Assembly (NCBI GenBank): GCA_039801565.1
Contig: JBDRUX010000051.1
Location: forward strand, 1 to 17,584
Origin: a candidate division WOR-3 bacterium
GTDB lineage: Bacteria > Hydrothermota > Tepidihabitantia > Tepidihabitantales > JAOUPE01
Length of the DNA: 17,584 nucleotides
Reading direction: 5' to 3'
Shown here: positions 7,848-14,437 of the stretch, piece by piece
How positions within the stretch are numbered: the stretch's first letter is position 1
How the letters are laid out: each line of letters begins with the position of its first letter
Notes under the pieces: model-generated
Told to the model about the DNA's origin: nothing
The model's database searches: none
The model's input: the letters and a program-made list of their open reading frames with translations, nothing else
Program-made: the position numbers and the translations under genes

Positions 7848-8138
7848 TTATCTATGGGCAACCATCAAATCGGCGATGTGTTGTAAAATCTCCTGAGTAC
7901 GGCGATTCCCTTCTTCCATCCGACGGTCCATCCTATCGATCAATTCTTGAGTGCGGCGATTACCATCTGCAATCAGTTCTTGTGTGTGTTCAATCAATTT
8001 TTTTGCTCTTTCGTCTTCAGTTTGAATCAATTTATCAGTTCGTTTTGCCAAAGAAGTTGCGAAGATAATACCAAGAATAGCGATAACTACTGAACCAATG
8101 CCCAAAACCACCGATGTTACTGCGAAGAAAATTACCAT
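7848..8138 (-). CDS. Small hypothetical protein, N-terminal TM helix + coiled coil
   Basis: 96 aa with a hydrophobic first ~28 residues, internal repeat GNRRTQE x2, and its own near-consensus promoter. Confidence 0.75.
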   Translation of the reverse strand: MVIFFAVTSVVLGIGSVVIAILGIIFATSLAKRTDKLIQTEDERAKKLIEHTQELIADGNRRTQELIDRMDRRMEEGNRRTQEILQHIADLMVAHR

Positions 8139-8144
8139 AAATTT

Positions 8145-8172
8145 ATTATACTAGCGACAATAAAAAAGTCAA
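8145..8172 (-). promoter_or_regulatory. Sigma70-type promoter with leaderless geometry
   Basis: Minus strand TTGACT (8172-8167)-N16-TATAAT (8150-8145), then 6 nt to ATG 8138. Confidence 0.78.
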
Positions 8173-8200
8173 GTCACAGTTATGCTAATATAAATTTTAA

Positions 8201-8303
8201 AGGCGGAGATTTCTCTCCGCCTGCATTATTTTTCAACGGTTCACGGCAAACGAACACGAAATGCGTAGCATAGGTTGAGTGAAACGAAACCAATCACAGA
8301 TTT
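8201..8303 (+). repeat. Modular intergenic repeat copy 5 (type A, 3' truncated)
   Basis: AGGCGGAGA-TTTC-TCTCCGCCT (compensatory G-C to A-T pair), identical 28-nt core at 8249-8276, then GAGTGAAACGAAACCAATCAC. Confidence 0.92.
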
Positions 8304-8309
8304 TGACCC

Positions 8310-8337
8310 TTGACTTTTTGGTAATTCTATTTATCAT
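8310..8337 (+). promoter_or_regulatory. Sigma70-type promoter with leaderless geometry
   Basis: TTGACT-N16-TATCAT, then 5 nt to ATG 8343; no SD. Confidence 0.7.
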
Positions 8338-8342
8338 AAGTT

Positions 8343-8558
8343 ATGGAAATGACCATTGCTTATTTAGGAGGAATTGCCTCTATTCTTGCAGTTCTTTTAG
8401 CTTTCTACACAATTTTCATTAACGGTCGTATGATTAAAAGGATGTTAAAAGAACACGGTGTAATTCTGGAGCGGATTAACGAAACTCTTAAATATCTTGC
8501 TGACCTTGTAAAGACCGAAACTGAAAGCCTCCGCCAAGAAATCAGAAAGCGGGCGTAG
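8343..8558 (+). CDS. Small hypothetical protein, N-terminal TM helix + coiled coil
   Basis: 71 aa with hydrophobic residues ~5-26 followed by a charged helical tail, and a dedicated promoter. Confidence 0.72.
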   Translation: MEMTIAYLGGIASILAVLLAFYTIFINGRMIKRMLKEHGVILERINETLKYLADLVKTETESLRQEIRKRA

Positions 8559-8602
8559 TTTTTAAACTTCTTATTAACCAGTTAAATCAATAAACTAAAA
8601 AT

Positions 8603-8840
8603 GGCGGGAAATTCTCCCCGCCCTATTGTCATTCTGAGCGAAGCGAAGAATCTCGTTTTAGCCTGTTCTCTACCCTCTGCCTTTGACTGATAAAGTCGCT
8701 TACTCTTTAAATTCCGCCTTCCGAATTCTCGAGTCTAATCGAAGACGAAGAGTCGATTCGACCGATTTCCGAATTCACTCGGTCTTCACCATCTTCTTTG
8801 TCGCTGTGAATCCACCGGCTTCAAGACAATAGAAATAGAC
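8603..8840 (+). repeat. Modular intergenic repeat copy 6 (different middle segment)
   Basis: Head GGCGGGAA-ATTC-TCCCCGCC (8603-8622). Tail ACCATCTTCTTTGTCGCTGTG...GCTTCAAGACAATAGAAATA (8788-8837) matches the type B tail. Confidence 0.75.
8627..8654 (+). repeat. REP-like unit TGTCATTCTGAGCGAAGCGAAGAATCTC
   Basis: Contains a GCGAAGC mini-hairpin. A degenerate second copy lies at 10566-10594. Recalled as a widespread bacterial intergenic repeat type. Confidence 0.65.
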
Positions 8841-9144
8841 ACGAGTTGACAGTTTACGGCCTTTGCCAATTTTGTCCTCATTCCTATATTCCACCTACTA
8901 ACAGACAATTTTAGTATCCGGCTCGGTGCCACCAATTAATGAACGATTTTTAAAAAATAACCATTTCCTTTCCAAATTTTCTATCATAGATTTGGACATT
9001 ACGTCAAATTGTTTTTTTGGTTATCCTTTAACTGATACTTTCAGCTAGACTTTAAAGTGAATAAAGACAATTTTTAGCCAAATACCCAATAGTTCTATGT
9101 CATCTCTTAAAAATTCCCTCGTGCCATTAAGCGGAACCGATTCC

Positions 9145-9774
9145 CTACCATCCGCAACCAATGCCAAACGATAAGCCAAGCATAAATCCTTTTTCTGGCA
9201 GAAAGTTACTTAACCACCAAACACCCTTAGTGTCGCTATCTAACAGTGGATAATAGAACGCCAATTCGACGCTCGGTAAAATTCGAAGCTTCCCTAGACA
9301 ACCGAAGAACCATTGGCTGTAGCCGAACTCAAGTCGCGGTCCAATAAACATAGCTGATCCATTTGCTGACAAGTTCAAGCCAGCTCCAACGAACATACCC
9401 GAGGGTACCGCAGCTGGGATGTACCGTCGGTATCCAAATCTGATACCACCAGGGTCTCCAATGATAGTATATGTCCCGAGTGCGAAGGAGTTTTTTTGCC
9501 CTAACAGCCATTCCCCTTCTATGTTTGGAAAGATAAAGAAGAGACCTAAGATGTTATGGTTTAATATGTGTGTAATGTTATAACGCAAGTCAATAGCGTT
9601 TGTATCTGTTGGAGGTACAGTTGCGGCCTGAACTATTGGTAGAAAGCTCAACATCCCGCTCATCGAGTTTGTGAGAATTACTGATATTAATAGAATTGCC
9701 AGATGGCGATCGTTACTTTTCCAAATTGTAGATATCAATAGCTTCGTCCAGCAAGTTGAAGGCAGCAGTTGCAC
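9145..9774 (-). CDS. Hypothetical exported protein, probable small outer-membrane beta-barrel; start uncertain (GTG 9774 or ATG 9663)
   Basis: Alternating Gly/aromatic beta-strand patterns (IRFGYRRY, MFVGAGLNL, PRLEFGYSQWF, LGLSFGIGCGW with terminal aromatic) and a signal-like segment ending IVQA. Confidence 0.6.
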   Translation of the reverse strand: MQLLPSTCWTKLLISTIWKSNDRHLAILLISVILTNSMSGMLSFLPIVQAATVPPTDTNAIDLRYNITHILNHNILGLFFIFPNIEGEWLLGQKNSFALGTYTIIGDPGGIRFGYRRYIPAAVPSGMFVGAGLNLSANGSAMFIGPRLEFGYSQWFFGCLGKLRILPSVELAFYYPLLDSDTKGVWWLSNFLPEKGFMLGLSFGIGCGW

Positions 9775-10324
9775 TAAATCTGCCTATCCAAGATATTGTA
9801 AGACTGACACCGCATACGGCAATGCTACTGTAGAGTATTGGCTTGTTGTTCCTTATCGCTCCGTAAACGAGTGGTACAAGTCCGAGATAGTATATTGGTA
9901 CCGCAATGCAACACATATTTTCACCAGCAGCAACTCTACGGTCGAAATCTTCAAGCTTCGCAAGGGCTCTTGGGTTTGAGGAAAAAATGTTCCTGAGTTC
10001 CGGCCGAACACGGTAGCTAGGCAGTAAAGATTGTATGATTTCACTTCTTCCCAAACCGGTAATGACTTGTGCGTCGTCGCCATTCAGCCGGAAGTATATA
10101 GCCTCACGGCCATAACCAAACAAGCAAGCGCCTATCGGGCTTGAGCCTCGCACAGGAATGTACCTTGGACCGCCACCTCCCAAAATGCATCCGCCAACAG
10201 ATTTTTTGACCCGTTCTACTTTTGTGACCGCGGTCCGCCCAGTCTGGGCGAACGAGGCAAATGGAAGGAACGAGAGCAAACTTGCGAGGAAAAATACTAA
10301 ATTAGATTTTAGTTGAGTAGACAT
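9713..10324 (-). CDS. Hypothetical exported/membrane protein
   Basis: SD AAAGGAGG before ATG 10324, signal peptide ending ASFA|Q, two hydrophobic segments near the C-terminus. Confidence 0.75.
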   Translation of the reverse strand: MSTQLKSNLVFFLASLLSFLPFASFAQTGRTAVTKVERVKKSVGGCILGGGGPRYIPVRGSSPIGACLFGYGREAIYFRLNGDDAQVITGLGRSEIIQSLLPSYRVRPELRNIFSSNPRALAKLEDFDRRVAAGENMCCIAVPIYYLGLVPLVYGAIRNNKPILYSSIAVCGVSLTISWIGRFSATAAFNLLDEAIDIYNLEK

Positions 10325-10459
10325 CTTAAACCTCCTTTCAGTTATTTTGATGTCTTTTATAGAACCGAATTTGCTGAAATTAAATCGGCGGTTACAAAAT
10401 ATGACTCGTTTTGAAGATAATCACCTCCTTTCTGATAAACGAATTTCGCGAATGATAAA

Positions 10460-10540
10460 CCCGTTAGAAATCCCTGAAACCAACCTGTCTTAATGTTTAC
10501 TTCGGGTAAGCACCAAGAAAATTGGGTAATTTCTAACGGG
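10460..10540. mobile_element. 81-bp MITE-like element with 12-bp perfect terminal inverted repeats
   Basis: CCCGTTAGAAAT (10460-10471) and ATTTCTAACGGG (10529-10540); GATAA occurs near both flanks. Confidence 0.5.
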
Positions 10541-10565
10541 GATAACAAATTTATCGAATTATTCA

Positions 10566-10630
10566 TATCATTTTTGAGAGAAGTGAAGAATCTCGGACTG
10601 AGATTGCTTCGGCTTCGCCTCGCAAGGACA
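10566..10630. repeat. Inverted doublet of REP-like units (REPIN-like)
   Basis: Left TATCATTTTTGAGAGAAGTGAAGAATCTC. Right GAGATTGCTTCGGCTTCGCCTCGCAAGGACA (reverse complement TGTCCTTGCGAGGCGAAGCCGAAGCAATCTC). AATCTC/GAGATT pair across a 5-nt loop. Confidence 0.6.
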
Positions 10631-10696
10631 AAAGACCAAGCAATGAACACGGAATGAAATTTTAAATTGTTTAGAGAATTTAGTTCTGTCTGTCTG

Positions 10697-10712
10697 TGCA
10701 AGACTTGTGCCG
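10697..10712 (-). promoter_or_regulatory. Sigma54 (RpoN) -24/-12 promoter candidate
   Basis: Minus strand CGGCAC-AAGTC-TTGCA matches YGGCAC-N5-TTGCW with correct GG-N10-GC spacing. Confidence 0.65.
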
Positions 10713-10911
10713 AAAAATCAGGGATTGGTGGTTGGTGACTGGTGGCTCGTGATTTATCAGTCCCAAACCATTTTTGATATAAATTTGAGAAAACCAAATT
10801 ACCACGATTTATGCTATTTCCGGCGATAAGATTATTTGATATCATACTAACCAATAAAATTTAACCAAATTTTTTGAACCTGTCAATAGTTTCGTTATCA
10901 CCATTTTTAGT

Positions 10912-11346
10912 CTAATCGTTTTTCTTATTGGTTATCTTTTTAAGCGTATCAATGATTAGTCGGGCATTGTTGAACCCAGATTTTATCATTTCGACTTCAA
11001 CTCCGCCACGATAATATCCAAAGATATGAAGATTTTGATAAACTGCAGCTAAAGCGGCTAAAACTCGACCGTTCTGAGGTATCTTCATTATCGCATTCTC
11101 ATATTCACCTATCGAAGTGGGTAAATTTTTAGGAGCGATTCCTTTGGAAAGTAGATAGCCATCAATCGCCCTTAATGCCGCTAAGTAAGCCATTGCCGAT
11201 GCTTCTTTAACATATTTTGGCTTTTGGTAAATGATTCCGAATTCAACCGGACTTTTCGCTAATGTCTCTCTGGCATTTTTGTAGAAAAGTTCGGCTTCGG
11301 CAAATGCCTCTTTAGGTGTTTTAGGAATGATAACCCTCTTCTTCAT
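10912..11346 (-). CDS. DUF5618-like (HEPN-like helical) protein
   Basis: 144 aa. EAELFYKNARETL...YQKPKYVKEASAMAYLAALRAID...YQNLHIFGYY pattern recalled for DUF5618. Confidence 0.7.
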   Translation of the reverse strand: MKKRVIIPKTPKEAFAEAELFYKNARETLAKSPVEFGIIYQKPKYVKEASAMAYLAALRAIDGYLLSKGIAPKNLPTSIGEYENAIMKIPQNGRVLAALAAVYQNLHIFGYYRGGVEVEMIKSGFNNARLIIDTLKKITNKKND

Positions 11347-11352
11347 AGTTGG

Positions 11353-11380
11353 ATGATACTTAAAACTAACTGCTTGTCAA
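11353..11380 (-). promoter_or_regulatory. Sigma70-type promoter with leaderless geometry
   Basis: Minus strand TTGACA (11380-11375)-N16-TATCAT (11358-11353), then 6 nt to ATG 11346. Confidence 0.72.
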
Positions 11381-11404
11381 TAATTTTCATCCTACTAATG
11401 TCTG

Positions 11405-11420
11405 TGCAAGACTTGTGCCG
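11405..11420 (-). promoter_or_regulatory. Sigma54 (RpoN) -24/-12 promoter candidate, duplicate copy
   Basis: Identical CGGCACAAGTCTTGCA on the minus strand, just upstream of the sigma70 promoter of the 11346 gene. Confidence 0.6.
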
Positions 11421-11590
11421 AAAAGTCAGGGACTTGTGGTTGGTGACTGGTGGTTCGTGATTTATCAATCCCAAACCATTTTGATATAAATTTAAGAAAA
11501 CCAAATTACCGCGATTTATGCTGATTCCGGCAATACGATTATTTGATATCATACTAACCGATAAAATTTAACCAAATTGTTTTGAACCTG

Positions 11591-12046
11591 TCAATAGTTT
11601 CGTTGTTGCATTTGCAGTCTAATCGCTTTATTAGTTATCTTTTTAAGTGTATCAATGATAAATTTTACTTTGCTAAAGCCTTCTTTTATCATCTCCACCC
11701 CGACACCGTCTCGGTAATATCCAAAAATATGCAAATCCTGATAAGCTATTTCTAACGCAACCAACAGCTTTCCATTTTGCGGTATTTTTGCGAGCGCATC
11801 TTCGTATTCCTTAATTGAGGTCGGCAAATTCTGAGGAAGAAAACCCTTTGACAAAAGATAGCCGTCAATTGACCTTAGCGCCGCTAAATACTCCATTGCT
11901 GAAGCCTCTTTGACATATTTTGGTTTCTCGAATGCTCCAAACTTAATCGGACTCTTCTTTAAAACTTCTTTGGCATTCTGATAAAAAATTTCAGCCTCTT
12001 CAAACGCCTCTTTTGGTGTTTTGGGGGTTACTATTTCTTTCTTTAT
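11591..12046 (-). pseudogene. Second DUF5618-like paralog, probably decaying (start ATG replaced by ATA)
   Basis: The frame is open 50 codons upstream of 11896 (IKKEIVTPKTPKEAFEEAEIFYQNAKEVL... vs MKKRVIIPKTPKEAFAEAELFYKNARETL). First codon is ATA at 12046, the promoter is degenerate (ATGACA...TATCCT), and a net 4-bp loss alters the C-terminus. Confidence 0.7.
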
Positions 12047-12152
12047 AATTTTGAGGATATTTTAAAAATGACTCTTTGTCATTGATTTCAATTTTAAAGG
12101 TCTGTTGCAAGATTGGCATTGTCATTTTAATCTAATAAAATTTGCCATCGTC

Positions 12153-12545
12153 TCAACGTTTAGTAGTATAATATTCGGTAAATTCACGACGCCGAAGACC
12201 GGTTAAATCTAATGTTCCATTTTTCGGGTCTAATCTTATCTCCCATTTCTCCATCGTTAACGCTCCGATGATTGCCCCAACCTTTTTGCCGTCGATTTGA
12301 CCGATTTCTTTTACTGGAATTGCCTCAGTATCAAACGATAAACCTTCAATCCTTCCGATTACGGTACAAACTTCTTTTACCTCTATTGTCTCGCCACCCA
12401 TAGCTACTTTATAAGACTCAGGAACTAACCGCTTCGGAACATTTTCAATCAGAATTCTCTCAATATAAGTGTTTGTTGAGCCAGTATCGAAAAGGGCAAA
12501 AGCTGGTTGACCCTCAATTTCAATCTCTTTTATAATTCTACCCAT
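12153..12545 (-). CDS. Retropepsin-like (clan AA) aspartyl protease
   Basis: ALFDTGSTNTYI catalytic motif and C-terminal AIIGALTME hydrophobic-Gly motif. SD AAGGAG. Confidence 0.85.
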   Translation of the reverse strand: MGRIIKEIEIEGQPAFALFDTGSTNTYIERILIENVPKRLVPESYKVAMGGETIEVKEVCTVIGRIEGLSFDTEAIPVKEIGQIDGKKVGAIIGALTMEKWEIRLDPKNGTLDLTGLRRREFTEYYTTKR

Positions 12546-12947
12546 CGTATCATCTCCTTAATTGATAATACCAGAATCAGCCACCGTGTCAATACTACTT
12601 GTGCCCAAGAATTAGAGGTTGGTGATTTACCAGCATCCAACCAACTTTGATGTAAATTCAAGAGAACTGATTCACCGTAATTATAACTTCCAACGATTAG
12701 TTCATTTAGCGTCATACCAACAATCGTAATTTAACAAATTTTGGCGCTTGTCAATAATTTACTTTAAAAGGTTTAAGTAAATCCAATTCCCTTAGCGAAT
12801 ATAAAATTGTCGCTTTAAAATTGCAATTTACCTGATTAATCTCTTGTATGCTCGGAACGATTTCGAGAGTTATTTGGAGTTTCTCCCAAAAATTTTAAGA
12901 CCTATCTCATAAATGGAATCACCATTTGCATTACCAAGAAGAATTGA

Positions 12948-13035
12948 AACCACAGATTGACGCGGATGGACACTGAACCAGATAAACGCAGATGAACACG
13001 GATAGAAATATAGCTATCGGCGTGCATCCGTGGTT
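12948..13035. repeat. Palindromic element built from ~10-nt ACRCRGATRR units
   Basis: Units CACAGATTGA, CGCGGATGGA, ACGCAGATGA and ACACGGATAG. Terminal IR AACCACAGAT / ATCCGTGGTT (9 of 10 complementary). Confidence 0.65.
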
Positions 13036-13091
13036 AAGAATGGAAAGAATGAGGAGTTGCCCTACATTCTACTAATCTTTAAAATTTTGGT

Positions 13092-14426
13092 TTATACCCT
13101 TTTGGCTAAAAATTCGGTCACAATCTCTTTTAAATCCGGCTTCGATACTTCCTTTAACCGGTATTCAACTTGAACCATTGGCTTATTGACCTTTAGAATC
13201 CGAGTTAAATTCACTGGGGTTGCTGCAATCACCAAATCCGCTGATGCTTGATTAATTGTCTCTTCCAACTCTTTTATCTGCTCAACACCATAACCCAGAG
13301 CTGGTAGCACCTTTTTCAGATGGGGATAGTTCTCATAGGCATCAAGAATTGAACCAACTGCAAATGGCATCGGTTCAATAATCTCTTGAGCACCAAACCG
13401 CTGGGCAGCCACTGTGCCAGCACCGAATTTCATTTCACCGTGGGTCAGAGTTGGTCCATCTTCAATCACTAAAACCCGTTTACCCCGAATTAAAGCCTCA
13501 TCCGAAACCGATAAAGTGGAATGAGCTTCGACCACAATTGCTTTTGGGTTGCATTTTTGAATATTACCTTTAACCTGAGCAACATTCTCAGCTGGTGCTG
13601 AATCCATTTTATTTATTACCAAGACATCAGCAGCACGGAATAAAGCCGAACCGGGATAATAATTCATTTCGTGACCGGGTCGCAAAGGGTCAACCACCAC
13701 AATCAATAAATCCGGTTTATAGAATGGAAAATCGTTATTGCCACCATCCCAAAGTATGATTTCAAAATCTCTTTCCGCCTCTTGCAAAATCTTGGCATAA
13801 TCAACTCCAGCCAAGACCGTGGTACCGCGCATAATGTGGGGTTCGAATTCTTCTCGCTCTTCAATCGTGCAATTATATTTATCCAAATCCTCCAATGTTT
13901 CAAATCTTTGAACCTCTTGCCTTTTGAAGTCACCGTAAGGCATTGGATGGCGAACCACACAAAATGTCTTTTCCATCTCTTTTAACACTTCGCAAATTCT
14001 CCGGGTTGTTTGACTCTTGCCAGCTCCAGTCCTGACCGCACAAATTGCAATCACCGGCTTTTTGGATTTTAGTTGGGTGGCACGGGGTCCTAATTGCCAA
14101 AAGTCGGCACCAGCGGCTAAAACCGCAGCACCTTTATCCATAACATATTCAAAAGAGACATCGGAATAGGCAAAGACCACAATATGGACCCGATGGCGCT
14201 TGATTAAATCAATCAACTCAGATTCTGGGTAAATTGGGATACCTTGCGGATAAAGGTTACCTGCCAGTTCTTTCGGATAGGTGCGATTGGCGATGTTAGG
14301 AATTTGGTTAGATGCGGTAAAGGCAACAACCTCATAATCTTCGTTTTCGCGGAAAAAGACATTGAAGTTATGAAAATCCCTACCCGCTGCTCCCATTATG
14401 ATCACTCTTTTTCGTTTTGGGTTCAT
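13092..14426 (-). CDS. COG2403-type P-loop NTPase (cyclic 2,3-diphosphoglycerate synthetase-like), probable arginine synthetase ArcE family
   Basis: GAAGRDFHNFN, P-loop RTGAGKS, RHPMPYG, TIEEREE, WDGGNND and EDGPTLTHG motifs; begins 11 bp downstream of P5C dehydrogenase. Confidence 0.75.
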   Translation of the reverse strand: MNPKRKRVIIMGAAGRDFHNFNVFFRENEDYEVVAFTASNQIPNIANRTYPKELAGNLYPQGIPIYPESELIDLIKRHRVHIVVFAYSDVSFEYVMDKGAAVLAAGADFWQLGPRATQLKSKKPVIAICAVRTGAGKSQTTRRICEVLKEMEKTFCVVRHPMPYGDFKRQEVQRFETLEDLDKYNCTIEEREEFEPHIMRGTTVLAGVDYAKILQEAERDFEIILWDGGNNDFPFYKPDLLIVVVDPLRPGHEMNYYPGSALFRAADVLVINKMDSAPAENVAQVKGNIQKCNPKAIVVEAHSTLSVSDEALIRGKRVLVIEDGPTLTHGEMKFGAGTVAAQRFGAQEIIEPMPFAVGSILDAYENYPHLKKVLPALGYGVEQIKELEETINQASADLVIAATPVNLTRILKVNKPMVQVEYRLKEVSKPDLKEIVTEFLAKRV

Positions 14427-14437
14427 CGCTATCCTTT

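Larger units (their letters stand above)
10691..11398. repeat. Tandem duplication unit 1 (~708 bp: conserved non-coding block + DUF5618-like gene + promoter)
   Basis: TGTCTGTGCAAGACTTGTGCCGAAAA starts at both 10691 and 11399. The following ~200 nt non-coding block and the gene align between the two units. Confidence 0.9.
11399..12082. repeat. Tandem duplication unit 2
   Basis: Aligns to 10691-11380 in both the non-coding block and the gene. Confidence 0.88.

Noticed and set aside
3971..8840. CRISPR array
   Set aside because: Repeats are over 100 nt and heterogeneous, the intervals are gene-sized and irregular, and no cas genes are present.
10726..10746. Heptamer-like TTGGTGG/TTGGTGA/CTGGTGG run
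   Set aside because: Only three degenerate units inside the duplicated block; not enough to call an element.
10357..10854. 165-aa ORF and its 69-aa counterpart at 11343-11552
   Set aside because: They read through the duplicated block and palindromic elements, and the two copies are frameshifted relative to each other, so the frame is not conserved.
12101..12118. Third sigma54 promoter
   Set aside because: Retains TTGCA but lacks the -24 GG at the correct spacing; treated only as a degenerate boundary.
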